A stretch of DNA of 64,000 bases from Myxococcota bacterium (GCA_963674735.2 CAXXQS010000002.1:2272001-2336000); one strand, 5' to 3'; shown: positions 19,689 through 29,543, counted from the stretch's first letter. Numbers and translations: made by a program. The notes: a model not told the origin generated them from the letters alone.

Positions 19689-20794
19689 TGCTGATCACCA
19701 AGCCGTTGGTTCCGCCTTTTAACGACAGTGCGAAAGTGCTGCCGCGCCTGCTGATGGAGGCCTGTCCGCAACAGCGATTTCACGTGCTGGGGGCGGCGCA
19801 TCAGAAAATAGATTTGGCGAACGTGCGGGTGGAGGATTTCGTGTTCGATGCGGAGCATGGCGCGTTGACCGGCTGGCAGAAGCTGCGCTTGTTTTTGCGT
19901 CTGTTGAAGCCGGACGAAATGGCTGCGTACCATTTTTTTTTCGCGCCCAATCCTCTGTCGTCGCTGATGTCGAGTTTGGCGATGCACATGCGCGGGACGC
20001 TGCCGAGCGTGCAGACGGTCTGTTCGTCGCCGAAGAGCTTTTCGGGGGTGAAGCGGTGGCTGTTTGCGGATGAGACGGTGGTGCTGAGCGATGACACGCT
20101 GGCGAAGATGCAGGCTGAGGGCGTGAAGCATGTGCGGCGCATCTATCCGGCGGTGAAGGCGCCTGCGCGGATCGAAGAGACGCCCGAGGTCACGCGCCGT
20201 CGCTTGGGCTGGCCCGAGGAGGCGGTGGTGGCGTTGTACGCCGGGGATCTGGAATTCTCGAACGCAGCCGAAACCTTGATGGCGAGTCTGCCGGAGGCTT
20301 TGAAGAACCCGCGTTTGCACGTGGCCTTGGCGGTACGCGATAAAACCGAACGCACCCAGGCTTTGCGTCGCGGCTTGAAACGCCGGATTCGTCAGGCGGG
20401 ACTGGAGACGCGCGTCAGTTGGGTGGATGAGCAAACCTCCATGTGGCCTGTTCTGCAGGCGTCGGATGTGCTGGTGCTCAATCCCGATACGCTCTATGCC
20501 AAGATGGATCTGCCGCTGGTGCTGTTGGAGGCCATGGCGCTCGGCAAGCCCAGTATCATCAGCGATTGCGCCCCGATGAGCGAGGCCTACGGCGATGCCG
20601 AGGCCGGGTTACGCGTCACGCCGGGACGCCCCGCGCGTTTGGCGGAGGCTTTGACGGCTTTGGCCGAGGACGCCGGGTTGCGTGAACGGCTGGGGACGGT
20701 GGCGGCGCAGGTGGCGCGTGAACGCTTTTCGCTGGAGCGGCTGGGGCGCGAAACGGCGGCTCTGTATGCCGAGATCGCGGAGCGACCGCGATGA
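19676..20794 (+). CDS. Glycosyltransferase family 4
   Basis: KMDLPLVLLEAMALGKP GT-B motif; GTG start after a GAGGAGG RBS. Confidence 0.85.
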   Translation: MFKVMLITKPLVPPFNDSAKVLPRLLMEACPQQRFHVLGAAHQKIDLANVRVEDFVFDAEHGALTGWQKLRLFLRLLKPDEMAAYHFFFAPNPLSSLMSSLAMHMRGTLPSVQTVCSSPKSFSGVKRWLFADETVVLSDDTLAKMQAEGVKHVRRIYPAVKAPARIEETPEVTRRRLGWPEEAVVALYAGDLEFSNAAETLMASLPEALKNPRLHVALAVRDKTERTQALRRGLKRRIRQAGLETRVSWVDEQTSMWPVLQASDVLVLNPDTLYAKMDLPLVLLEAMALGKPSIISDCAPMSEAYGDAEAGLRVTPGRPARLAEALTALAEDAGLRERLGTVAAQVARERFSLERLGRETAALYAEIAERPR

Positions 20795-21546
20795 CGCGCA
20801 GCAACCGCGACTATTACGACGCCTTCAGTTCGGTGTACGAGAATGGACGCGAGCGGGCCTATCACCGGCTGATCGACGAGCTGGAATTGACGGCGCTGGC
20901 CCCGTATGCGCGTGGCAAGCGCGTGCTGGAGGCGGGCTGCGGCACCGGGTTGATCCTGGCGCGCTTGGCCGAGATAGCGAAGGAAGCGGTGGGCGTGGAC
21001 CAGTCGCCGGGCATGCTGGCGACGGCGCGTGCGCGCGGGCTGGATGTGTACGAGGCCGATCTAGTCGCGCTGCCGTTCGACGACGCGAGCTTCGATACCG
21101 TGTGCAGCTTCAAGGTGCTGGCGCATGTGGAAAACATCCGGGCGGCGCTGGCCGAGCTGGCGCGTGTGACGAAACCCGGCGGGCATCTGGTGCTGGAATT
21201 CTACAACCCGCAGAGCCTGCGCGGACTCATCAAGCGCGTGAAGCCCGCCACGGCTATTCCCGCAGAGCCCCTAAACACGGACTTGGAACGCAATTGCAGC
21301 GCAACCCAAGCGCTCGACGATCACCAGGTGTACACGCGTTTCGATAGGCTGGCGGACATCCGCGCCGTGCTGCCGCCCGGGCTGACCTGGGTGGAGACCG
21401 CCGGAGTACGCGTGGTGACGCCCATGGCCGGTATGCTGGAATGGCCGCTAGTCGGACGCATCCTCGCCGCCGCCGAGCGCGCTGTCCTGCGCTCGCGCCT
21501 CGCCCGCCTGGCGGGCTTCGTCATCGTCGTGTTGCGGAAGGAGTGA
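20791..21546 (+). CDS. Class I SAM-dependent methyltransferase (type 11)
   Basis: VLEAGCGTG, LPFDDASFD, ELARVTKPGG. Confidence 0.9.
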   Translation: MTRSNRDYYDAFSSVYENGRERAYHRLIDELELTALAPYARGKRVLEAGCGTGLILARLAEIAKEAVGVDQSPGMLATARARGLDVYEADLVALPFDDASFDTVCSFKVLAHVENIRAALAELARVTKPGGHLVLEFYNPQSLRGLIKRVKPATAIPAEPLNTDLERNCSATQALDDHQVYTRFDRLADIRAVLPPGLTWVETAGVRVVTPMAGMLEWPLVGRILAAAERAVLRSRLARLAGFVIVVLRKE

Positions 21547-24500
21547 GGAGGGCCAGTAGCTCATCAAGGTATTGTCTTTCAGATCGTTCTCAATTTGTTT
21601 GATAGCGTAGTAGGCGGTTTCACGTAATGGATTGCCCGGATTCAAATTAGTATACTTATACAACTCACCCAATGCAGTCTCTGCGTATTTTCCTAGAGAG
21701 CCAAGCGAAAGAATAGCAGCCGTTGCCGCAATATCATCTTTATAATCAGATACAACTTTAATTAGCTCAATAATCATATGTTCATCTTTTCGTTTAAGCT
21801 CAGATAAAGCGATAGCAGATTTAGCTACAACCCGAGTTGATGAATCAGCAAGAGAATGAATGAGAATATGCTTTATTGACGAGGAAATATGATCATTAGA
21901 TGAATAGTTCTTAAGAATGCGTTTCAAAGTAGTAATGGCATGAAGCTTATCAGGTACAGTCCCATTTGCTAGAAGAATAGAATAGCTGTCCACACGGTCG
22001 TTGAGGCGCTTCTGCTTGATTTCCTCCCAGCTCAAGCCCGCCAGTCCGGCGAGTTCTTCGACCACCTTCGCCGGTACCTGCTTTTTGAAGGCGTCGATCT
22101 GGGAGGTGGTGTAGACCGCGTGCATAAAGCCGCGTATTTCTTCCAGTTCGCCCGGCTTGCTGCGGGCCGCCTCGCAGAAATCCGCCCATTTTTCTTCATC
22201 CGCGCCGTAGGCCTCGATGACGAAAAAAGCAGCCAGATACTCGGCTACCGGATCCTGGCTGACACGTAGCGAGACGAAAAGGTCTTTGTAAACTTTCAGG
22301 ATGCCGAGATTCTCGCACAGATAGTGAATCTTGTTGTCCCAGTCCGCCTCGTCGGGGAAAACGGCGCGTACCTCGTCTTGGGCCCGCCGCGCGGGCTTGA
22401 ACTCCGCTTCCAGGCAGGCGTAGGCGATGCCCTTCATCAGGCGCTGCACCTCCCGATCCGACAACTCGCCCTTGGTGAGGTCGGGCTCTTTGTTGCTGCG
22501 GTTGAGCGATTCGAGAATCAGGCTGGGGACATCCTTGGGCAGTTCGCGTTGCGCCTCATCGGGATTTTGGTAGCGCTCCTCCATCTGCTCGGCGAACAGC
22601 GTGACGATCAAGGGCGTCACGCCACGCTCCGGCCCGGCGCCGGTGGTGCTGTCGATGATCATGTCGGCCAGGTGGCTTTGATCCTGCCCGAACTGCTTGT
22701 AGTCCTCCAGATCCTTCAATTCGATAAACGCTTCGAGAAAACTCTTGATTTCATTGGGCCCCATGAGTTTGGGCTGCAGGCGATGCGTGGCGCTGGTTTT
22801 GCAATCCGAATCGAGGCGGGTGGTGACGATCCAGCGCGGAACGCCTTTCAGCGCGGCCGACAGCGCTTCGCGGCTCTTTTGATTCATCTCCGAGAAGTGA
22901 TCCACCACCGGCAGAATGCGCCCGGCATCGAGTAGCAAGCGCGCGAAAACAGGCGTGATCTTGAAGGCCTTGTGCTGGGCGATCTGCGTCGCCAGCAGGT
23001 CGTCCGGCCGCAGTTCGCTGTCGGCCAGGTCGTCTTCGAGCACCCACGGCAACAGCGGACGCGCGGCAATGGAACCGTGCTCGGTGGGGTCGCAGCACCA
23101 GCTGAGCAGGCGATAAGCGAGGCTGGTTTTACCCGCGCCGCCCTGCCCCGAAATCGCCAGCCGCAGCGTATCCCGCGCCATCAAAGCCTTGAAGTCATCG
23201 GGCGACGGCTTGTCGAAGGGCCGCTGTTCGTCGCTCGCGCAATCGGTGAGTTCGACCGGCATGGCGTGGTAGAAGCCCTTGCGCATCTCGGCGAAACAGC
23301 TGCATTGGTTCGCTTTGTCCCAGGCGGCCTGACGGCGCGGTTGGATCCAGGCATCGAGCGTGCGCGGCCGCGAGGCGTAATGTTCCAAGCGAAAACCAAT
23401 GCGCAGGAGTACGGGCCACTTGGTCAAGCTTGGATGACGATGCGTGAACTCGAACAGACTGACGGTCCAACGGCGACGCCGGTCCCATGGAATATGGAAA
23501 AAGATATGCGCGAATAAAAATACAGCAAATAGGACCACAACCGCAATCGCCGTCCAATCGGCCTCTTCCAACACCCCCTTGATGAAATCGCGCGTCTCGT
23601 TGCGCTGCCGGAGGGCGAGTTCGGCTTGGAGGGATTGGGTTGCATTAGAAATACGATTGTATTCCTGATGCTGCTTCCAATTCATTGATTTGGATGGGGT
23701 GAAACGAAGCAAATCCTGAAGCATGTGAAGGATTTGTTTTTCCGATAGATCGTTCCGTTTGGCCGAAATGGAATCGCTGAATACGGAAATGGTTGTGATT
23801 CCCGGATAACGATTTACCCAATGTTCATCATGATATCCGCTGGTGAGTGTGTGAAAGATATCGATCTGCTGGTTTAGCGGGAGTTGGGTGCCTAACCTTT
23901 CGATGGTGGAAAGCATTGATGTATTATGTTTGAATACTCGCAATGCATCAAAAATGGATTCAATTACGAGTTTCGATGGAGGTTGAAATTCCGATAAGGT
24001 AAAGATCGCCGCGTCTCGGATGATACGACTGGGATCTTTGAGCAGGTGCAAAACATCCGGTAGAAATGAGGCAAACTGGTCGGGGGGAAAGCGGTTGATA
24101 AAAGGCTGAACCCAAGATAAATTGTTCTCATGAGCAAACAATTTACGCATCTTTGGCGCATGATAAAGTAAGCCGCTAACCGCAATCAAACCAGTCAAAG
24201 GGTCAACACTATGAAGTCCCTGGCGAAGACCAGCAGGTGTTTGTAGTTCGGGAAATGCAAGTAATATCAACGATCTGGCAATTAGCATCCGGGATGAATC
24301 CCGTGTATAGCCCATCGCTTTCGTAAGGGCTGGAATAGCAGAAGATGCATCAGAACCAATACAAGCTAGAAGATTGGCTGTACTGCCGAGTGGATAATTG
24401 GTGTTTTCATCCAGGAGATGCTTGATGGCGATTTCAAGGACGGAAGAGGACCGGGTATGTAAGCGGCACAAAGATTCGGCGGACAGGTGATGTATTGCTG

Positions 24501-24909
24501 TCTGCGGGTCGCCTAACGTTTTAAAAAGAGCGATGATAATTGGTTGGAGCGGGTCTCCAATTCGAGCCAAGGCTTCGATTGCCGACGCACGAGTATAGAG
24601 ATCGTTATGATAATCGGTGCTAAATAAAATCAAAGACGGTACCGCCTGGCTGGCTTTCGGACCCATCGCCCCAATTTGTTTGGCGGCAGCCCGAGCCTTG
24701 TTGACGTTGCCACTGTATAAATCCTGAACCAATCCCCGCAGCTCGGGGTCGGTAATTTCGGCGAGGTCGGGAGCCGAGATGGAAGGCGCGGGATTGTCGG
24801 ACGAGGTGGCGCAAAAGGCAGCCGATGGCGTCAGGCAGAGCGTCAGCCAGGCCGTCAGGCAGACGGCCCAAAGCAACCCCCACACAAGATATCGTCGTTC
24901 TCCCGGCAT
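21448..24909 (-). CDS. Signal peptide + HEAT repeats + TM helix + NACHT-like P-loop NTPase + C-terminal HEAT repeats
   Basis: HEAT motifs (AAAKQIGAMGPKASQAVPSL; AAILSLGSLGKYAETALGEL), TM WTAIAVVVLFAVFLFAHIFF, Walker A GQGGAGKT, Walker B ILPVVDHFSE, DPVAEYLAA. Confidence 0.75.
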   Translation of the reverse strand: MPGERRYLVWGLLWAVCLTAWLTLCLTPSAAFCATSSDNPAPSISAPDLAEITDPELRGLVQDLYSGNVNKARAAAKQIGAMGPKASQAVPSLILFSTDYHNDLYTRASAIEALARIGDPLQPIIIALFKTLGDPQTAIHHLSAESLCRLHTRSSSVLEIAIKHLLDENTNYPLGSTANLLACIGSDASSAIPALTKAMGYTRDSSRMLIARSLILLAFPELQTPAGLRQGLHSVDPLTGLIAVSGLLYHAPKMRKLFAHENNLSWVQPFINRFPPDQFASFLPDVLHLLKDPSRIIRDAAIFTLSEFQPPSKLVIESIFDALRVFKHNTSMLSTIERLGTQLPLNQQIDIFHTLTSGYHDEHWVNRYPGITTISVFSDSISAKRNDLSEKQILHMLQDLLRFTPSKSMNWKQHQEYNRISNATQSLQAELALRQRNETRDFIKGVLEEADWTAIAVVVLFAVFLFAHIFFHIPWDRRRRWTVSLFEFTHRHPSLTKWPVLLRIGFRLEHYASRPRTLDAWIQPRRQAAWDKANQCSCFAEMRKGFYHAMPVELTDCASDEQRPFDKPSPDDFKALMARDTLRLAISGQGGAGKTSLAYRLLSWCCDPTEHGSIAARPLLPWVLEDDLADSELRPDDLLATQIAQHKAFKITPVFARLLLDAGRILPVVDHFSEMNQKSREALSAALKGVPRWIVTTRLDSDCKTSATHRLQPKLMGPNEIKSFLEAFIELKDLEDYKQFGQDQSHLADMIIDSTTGAGPERGVTPLIVTLFAEQMEERYQNPDEAQRELPKDVPSLILESLNRSNKEPDLTKGELSDREVQRLMKGIAYACLEAEFKPARRAQDEVRAVFPDEADWDNKIHYLCENLGILKVYKDLFVSLRVSQDPVAEYLAAFFVIEAYGADEEKWADFCEAARSKPGELEEIRGFMHAVYTTSQIDAFKKQVPAKVVEELAGLAGLSWEEIKQKRLNDRVDSYSILLANGTVPDKLHAITTLKRILKNYSSNDHISSSIKHILIHSLADSSTRVVAKSAIALSELKRKDEHMIIELIKVVSDYKDDIAATAAILSLGSLGKYAETALGELYKYTNLNPGNPLRETAYYAIKQIENDLKDNTLMSYWPSSLLPQHDDDEARQAGEARAQDSALGGGEDASD

Positions 24910-25823
24910 GCGTCGCCCCTCGCGGTTCGTCGTGTTGTGCGCGTGTCTGAATCCTACTCCCAATCACGCCGGGCTGTCAATTTTGCGCGTCAATGGAGGA
25001 TGAGATAGGGGGCGTTTGGCGCTCGTTGCGCGGTTGGGTCGCTTGACCGCGGCACGCGAAAATCGCGAAAACGAACGTTTTGGATGAGCAGCGCCAAAAG
25101 GGAGGAAGGCTAACGGACACGGGGCTCGATTCGTTCAAAAGACAATCGGGCGGCCAATACGCGAAATGCGCTCGATACTCGGGCGTTGAAATTGTTGGCA
25201 TTTTCGCTTCCTGACACGCGCGTAACCCGCAAAACCCAGCGGAATGCTCGGATTGCCGTAATACGTCACACCTTCGGGGTGCCCTTTCGTGCGGTGTCTC
25301 CGATTCGCGAAAATGATCGAACCGGAACGCGGGTGGCCGAACCGGAAATGACCTTATTCGATCGGGCGTTCCGCAAGTATGGAGCGAATTTCAGAGCCGA
25401 GTTTGATGAATAGTCATGGGTTAAAACGTATGAGGAATACGTCAAACAAAAATATAATGAATGTAATATAATAAAAGGATTGATAATGCGGGGGATCGAT
25501 GTGACGTAGATGGCTGAAATCACAGCACAATATCGGTAATGCTGGGATGGCGGCCAGATGGGCTGTGAAAATCGGATAAAAGTACGAATAAGAAGTGTGA
25601 TATCAATTAGATACAGACTTCATGCATAGATGGCATTTAGTCGCTGGTTAAAGGGTAGGGGTGGGTCTGTTAGGCTAAAACATCCGTAATATCGGATAGT
25701 TGTACCGCTGACGGGTCCGTGCGCGCGGGGTTTTAGTGGGGTGCCCGTCAAGAATGAAAAGACGCCCGTGTATGCCGCAATCATGAGGCAAAGCGACGCC
25801 TTTTGCCAGGCCAAAAACCCACG

Positions 25824-25846
25824 AAAAAGCCCCTCGGCAGAGGGGC
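25824..25846 (-). terminator. Intrinsic terminator of the glyA-gcvT fusion
   Basis: GCCCCTC-GGCA-GAGGGGC hairpin with an A5 run on + (U-tail on -). Confidence 0.7.
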
Positions 25847-25874
25847 GTTCGTGAGTTCGGAATGGGAAAAACGA

Positions 25875-28800
25875 TCAGGCTTTGTGTTTCGCCGCGAAAG
25901 CCAGTTCGTCGCGCAACGCGAATTTGGCTTCGGCCTTGGGCGGGAAACGATCCACGATCTCGGCCTGCACCGGCAACGGCGTGCGCGTCTTCTCGCCCAT
26001 ATCGAGCGGCATGACCAAGCCCTTGCGGCGATTTTCGGGCACCATGGGAAAGACCGCGATGCGTCCGGGTTTGGCCGCTTTAGATAAAACATAAGCCAAG
26101 CCGACCTGGCTGCCGTCGGGTAGCACCACCGCCGAGGTGACGTGCCCGATGAAGTCGCCGCGATTGCCCGCCACCTTGTCGCCGGGTTTGATGGGCTTCG
26201 TACCTCTTTCCGTAATCGTGAAACGCACGGTTTCCTTGTCGCGCGTCGCTTCCTTGGCTAATAACGCGCGCTTGCCGATGAAGAAGGGCTTGTGGAATTT
26301 TACGTAGGAGGGGAAGCCCGCGCCGCCCGGTGTCATGCCGTAGGGGCCTTCCAACTCGTGCCCGTAAAGCGGCAGACCCGCCTCGGTGCGGGTGGAATCG
26401 CGCGCCGCCAGACCCGCCGGAACCAGCTCGAAAGGCCGCCCGGCTTCGACGATCGTCGCCCACAGTTCCGGGGCGCGTTCGGGATGCACGAACAGTTCGA
26501 AGCCGATGCGCTCGCCGGTGTAGCCGGTACGCGAAATGACCACCGGCAGTCCGGCCAAGGTAAACTCGCCGCAGTCGGTGCGCTTAAGGGTCATAAAGGC
26601 GGAAAGCTGCTCGGGTGCGATCAGGCTGCGTAGCGCGTCGCCCGACCGCGGGCCCTGCAGCGCCAGTACCACGCGGCAGTCCTCGCCGTTTACCGGATCT
26701 TTCAGGTTGCGCAAAACGGTGGGGCGCACGATGCGCCGCTGGGGCACGTCGCGGTCGCATAAAACATCGCCGGTATTCACGGCGTTCAACCAGGCCCAGT
26801 CTTTGTCTTCGTTCGACGCGTTCACCACCAGCAGGTAGCGCTCGGCCGCAAGACGATAAACCATGATGTCGTCGAGAACCTGCGCGTCGGGATCGAGCAG
26901 GTAGGAGTAGTAGCTCTGGCCGTCGCCGATCCAGCGCGCGTAGTTGGTGCTCGCGAAATCGAGAAAAGCCGTAGCGTTCGGTCCGGAGACTTCAAAGCAA
27001 CCCATATGGCTGATATCGAATAAGGCGCAGGCTTCACGCACCGCCTTGTGCTCCTCCAGCGTCGAGGTGTACCACACGGGCATTTCCCAGCCGGCGAAGG
27101 GCACCATCTTTTTGGAAATCGCCGTGTGCGTCTCGTAAAGCGAGGTGCGTTTGAGCGGTGGATTCTCGGGCTCCGTCCAAACGAATTCGGGAAGCGCGGC
27201 CGCCGGGGGCAAGGCTTCCCGCAGCAGGCGTTGACCGACGAAATAGGGTTTGTGCATGGCGAACCAGGCGGTGTCGCCCGCCTCGATCAGGGATGCGACC
27301 GTCAGGGGATGCTGCGGAAGACCCGCTTCGATCACCGCTTCGCGGCGCGTGGCCAGGGCACAGAGTGTTGCCCCGAGTTTGATCAGCGCAATCTGAACGG
27401 CTTCGGCGCGCGCGGCGGGAACCAACAGGGTGGCGAGGGATTCGCCGCCCGCCGCCAATACGATGCCGTCTTTACCGGTGCATTCATGGGCCCATGCCGT
27501 TGCCTGTGCGCCCACCAGATCGAAGCGGTGCAGGCCCTCTCCGAGCGGCGCATCCGCCGCCGCCAGGTCTTCGACCACCACTGGGCCTTCCACTTTGGCG
27601 GTCAGGTCGTCCGGTTCGAAAAGCAGGTAGCCGTCGGCGTGCCCGCGCATCCAGGCCAGCACGTGGTGCGCCCGTTCGGGATGCGGGATAACGAGAAAGC
27701 CGTTGTGGCGCGGGTTTTCGTGAAGCGGCAGGCGCGCAAGCAGGACGTCGTCGAGGACATCGCCCTGGCCATCGAGCATCAGCGTGCGCAGCGTTTCACC
27801 CGCGGCGAGCGCGGACGCGTCGCCGGTGATCAGGTTCTGGATGTGCGCCTCGACGCGCGCGCCGGTGACGCGGATGACTCCGCCGGGAACCGCGAACAGG
27901 GCCGCGCCGTTCTGCATGGCGGCGGTGGTGTCCTGCTCGGCCGTCTGTTCCGTGGGGCAACGGGGCGGCAGCGGTTTGAGCAGGCTGTAATGCGGATAGC
28001 CCGAGGAACGCGGAGCCTCGCCCGCCAGTTCGCCCGCCAGATCGGCCACGTCGCGCTTGGCCGCTTCGAAAGCGGCGAATTCCACCTTACCGCGCGGCAG
28101 CGTGCCCAGAAGACCGTCGAAATGGAAAGGATGGATACCCTTTATGATGCGCGCCACCAGCTCGCCCAGGCGGTCGATCTGTTCGTCAGTGATGCCGCGC
28201 TGGGTGATCCAGGGGGTGCCCATGCGAACGCCGGTGGCCATGGCGGTGAGGTCGTCGCCGGGCAGGGTGTTTTTGTTGGCGACGATGCCGCACAGTTCCA
28301 GCAGGCGCACGGCCATTTCGCCGCGTAGCATTTCGTCGGTGACGCGCGGCAGCTTTTTGAGATCGATCAGGAACAGGTGTGTGTCGGTGCCGCCGTAGGC
28401 CAGCGAGAGCCCGTTGGCTTGAAGCGCCGCACACAGGCGTTGCGCGTTGGCCACGATGCGATGCTGCAGGCGTTTGAATTCGTCGCTCTGGGCCAGCTTC
28501 AAGGCCACCGCCAGAGCGGTGATGGTGTTGACGTGCGGTCCGCCCTGCTCGCCGGGGAAAACCGCCAGGTCGATCATTTGGGCCTTTTCCTCGTCGGTGG
28601 TGAGGATGATCGCGCCGCGCGGACCCATGAGTGTTTTGTGGGTCGTAAAGGTGGTGACATCGGCAATACCCACCGGGTTGGGATAGGCCCCGGCTGACGC
28701 CATTCCCGCCGGATGGGCGATATCGGCCATCAGCAAGGCTCCGCAGGCGTCGGCGATCTGGCGCAGACGCGGCCAGTCGGGTGCCCAAGGATAGGACGTG

Positions 28801-29456
28801 AAACCCGCGATGATCAGGTTGGGTCGATTTTCGAGCGCCAGCTTTTCCATTCGGTCGTAATCGAGACGCCCCGTGGCCGGACTGATGCCGTAGGGGACGA
28901 CCTTGTAGCGTTTGCCCGACATATGGAATTCGGAGCCGTGGCTCAGGTGCCCGCCCTGCATGAGGTCCATGCCCATGATGGTGTCGCCCGGCTCTAAAAA
29001 GGCCTCGAAGACCGCCAGATTGGCGGCCGCGCCGGAGAGCGCCTGCACGTTGGCGAAGATGCGTTCGCTGGCGGCATTCGGATTGGCGAAGAGGTCGGCG
29101 GCGCGCCGACGGCAGAGGGCCTCGACCTGGTTGGCGTAGTCGGTTCCTTTATAGAAGCGCCGATCGGCGTAGCGTCGATAATGCACAAGCTGGGCAGGCA
29201 GGTCGGCCAGATCCGCTTCAGGCAGGTAGGTCGCCATGGAGGACGGATAGCCTTCGGCGTAGAGATTGCCGTAAACCGATTCCATACTGCGCCGGACCGT
29301 CGGATGGCACAGGCTTTCGGATGGAATCATGATCAGACGGCGTACCTGTCGCTCTTCCTCCAGTTCGATCAGGTCGTGAATCACGGGATCGCAGTCACGC
29401 AGCTCGCCATCGAAGGGTGCCACGCCCACGGTTTTGGGAATCTCGCGCTCGGCCAT
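25875..29456 (-). CDS. glyA-gcvT: Serine hydroxymethyltransferase fused to a GcvT-like domain and a full GcvT aminomethyltransferase
   Basis: SHMT motifs YAEGYP, GGHLSHG, TTHKTLMGPRG (PLP Lys), FPGEQGGP; GcvT motifs FAGWEMPVWY, FDISHMG, SRTGYTGE, GLAARDSTRTEAGLPLYGHEL. Confidence 0.92.
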   Translation of the reverse strand: MAEREIPKTVGVAPFDGELRDCDPVIHDLIELEEERQVRRLIMIPSESLCHPTVRRSMESVYGNLYAEGYPSSMATYLPEADLADLPAQLVHYRRYADRRFYKGTDYANQVEALCRRRAADLFANPNAASERIFANVQALSGAAANLAVFEAFLEPGDTIMGMDLMQGGHLSHGSEFHMSGKRYKVVPYGISPATGRLDYDRMEKLALENRPNLIIAGFTSYPWAPDWPRLRQIADACGALLMADIAHPAGMASAGAYPNPVGIADVTTFTTHKTLMGPRGAIILTTDEEKAQMIDLAVFPGEQGGPHVNTITALAVALKLAQSDEFKRLQHRIVANAQRLCAALQANGLSLAYGGTDTHLFLIDLKKLPRVTDEMLRGEMAVRLLELCGIVANKNTLPGDDLTAMATGVRMGTPWITQRGITDEQIDRLGELVARIIKGIHPFHFDGLLGTLPRGKVEFAAFEAAKRDVADLAGELAGEAPRSSGYPHYSLLKPLPPRCPTEQTAEQDTTAAMQNGAALFAVPGGVIRVTGARVEAHIQNLITGDASALAAGETLRTLMLDGQGDVLDDVLLARLPLHENPRHNGFLVIPHPERAHHVLAWMRGHADGYLLFEPDDLTAKVEGPVVVEDLAAADAPLGEGLHRFDLVGAQATAWAHECTGKDGIVLAAGGESLATLLVPAARAEAVQIALIKLGATLCALATRREAVIEAGLPQHPLTVASLIEAGDTAWFAMHKPYFVGQRLLREALPPAAALPEFVWTEPENPPLKRTSLYETHTAISKKMVPFAGWEMPVWYTSTLEEHKAVREACALFDISHMGCFEVSGPNATAFLDFASTNYARWIGDGQSYYSYLLDPDAQVLDDIMVYRLAAERYLLVVNASNEDKDWAWLNAVNTGDVLCDRDVPQRRIVRPTVLRNLKDPVNGEDCRVVLALQGPRSGDALRSLIAPEQLSAFMTLKRTDCGEFTLAGLPVVISRTGYTGERIGFELFVHPERAPELWATIVEAGRPFELVPAGLAARDSTRTEAGLPLYGHELEGPYGMTPGGAGFPSYVKFHKPFFIGKRALLAKEATRDKETVRFTITERGTKPIKPGDKVAGNRGDFIGHVTSAVVLPDGSQVGLAYVLSKAAKPGRIAVFPMVPENRRKGLVMPLDMGEKTRTPLPVQAEIVDRFPPKAEAKFALRDELAFAAKHKA

Positions 29457-29514
29457 CGCTATCTCCTTTCCAAAACATCCACAGATGCCGAAACGATCGG
29501 CTCAATTCGCCGCC

Positions 29515-29543
29515 CATCATACCGCTTTTGCCCGCGTTGTAAA
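29515..29543 (-). promoter_or_regulatory. Putative sigma70 promoter of glyA-gcvT
   Basis: Minus strand TTTACA-N16-TATGAT, about 60 nt upstream of the ATG. Confidence 0.45.

Noticed and set aside
21448-25820. Diversity-generating retroelement explaining the mosaic gene
   Set aside because: No reverse transcriptase and no template/variable repeat pair seen in the window.
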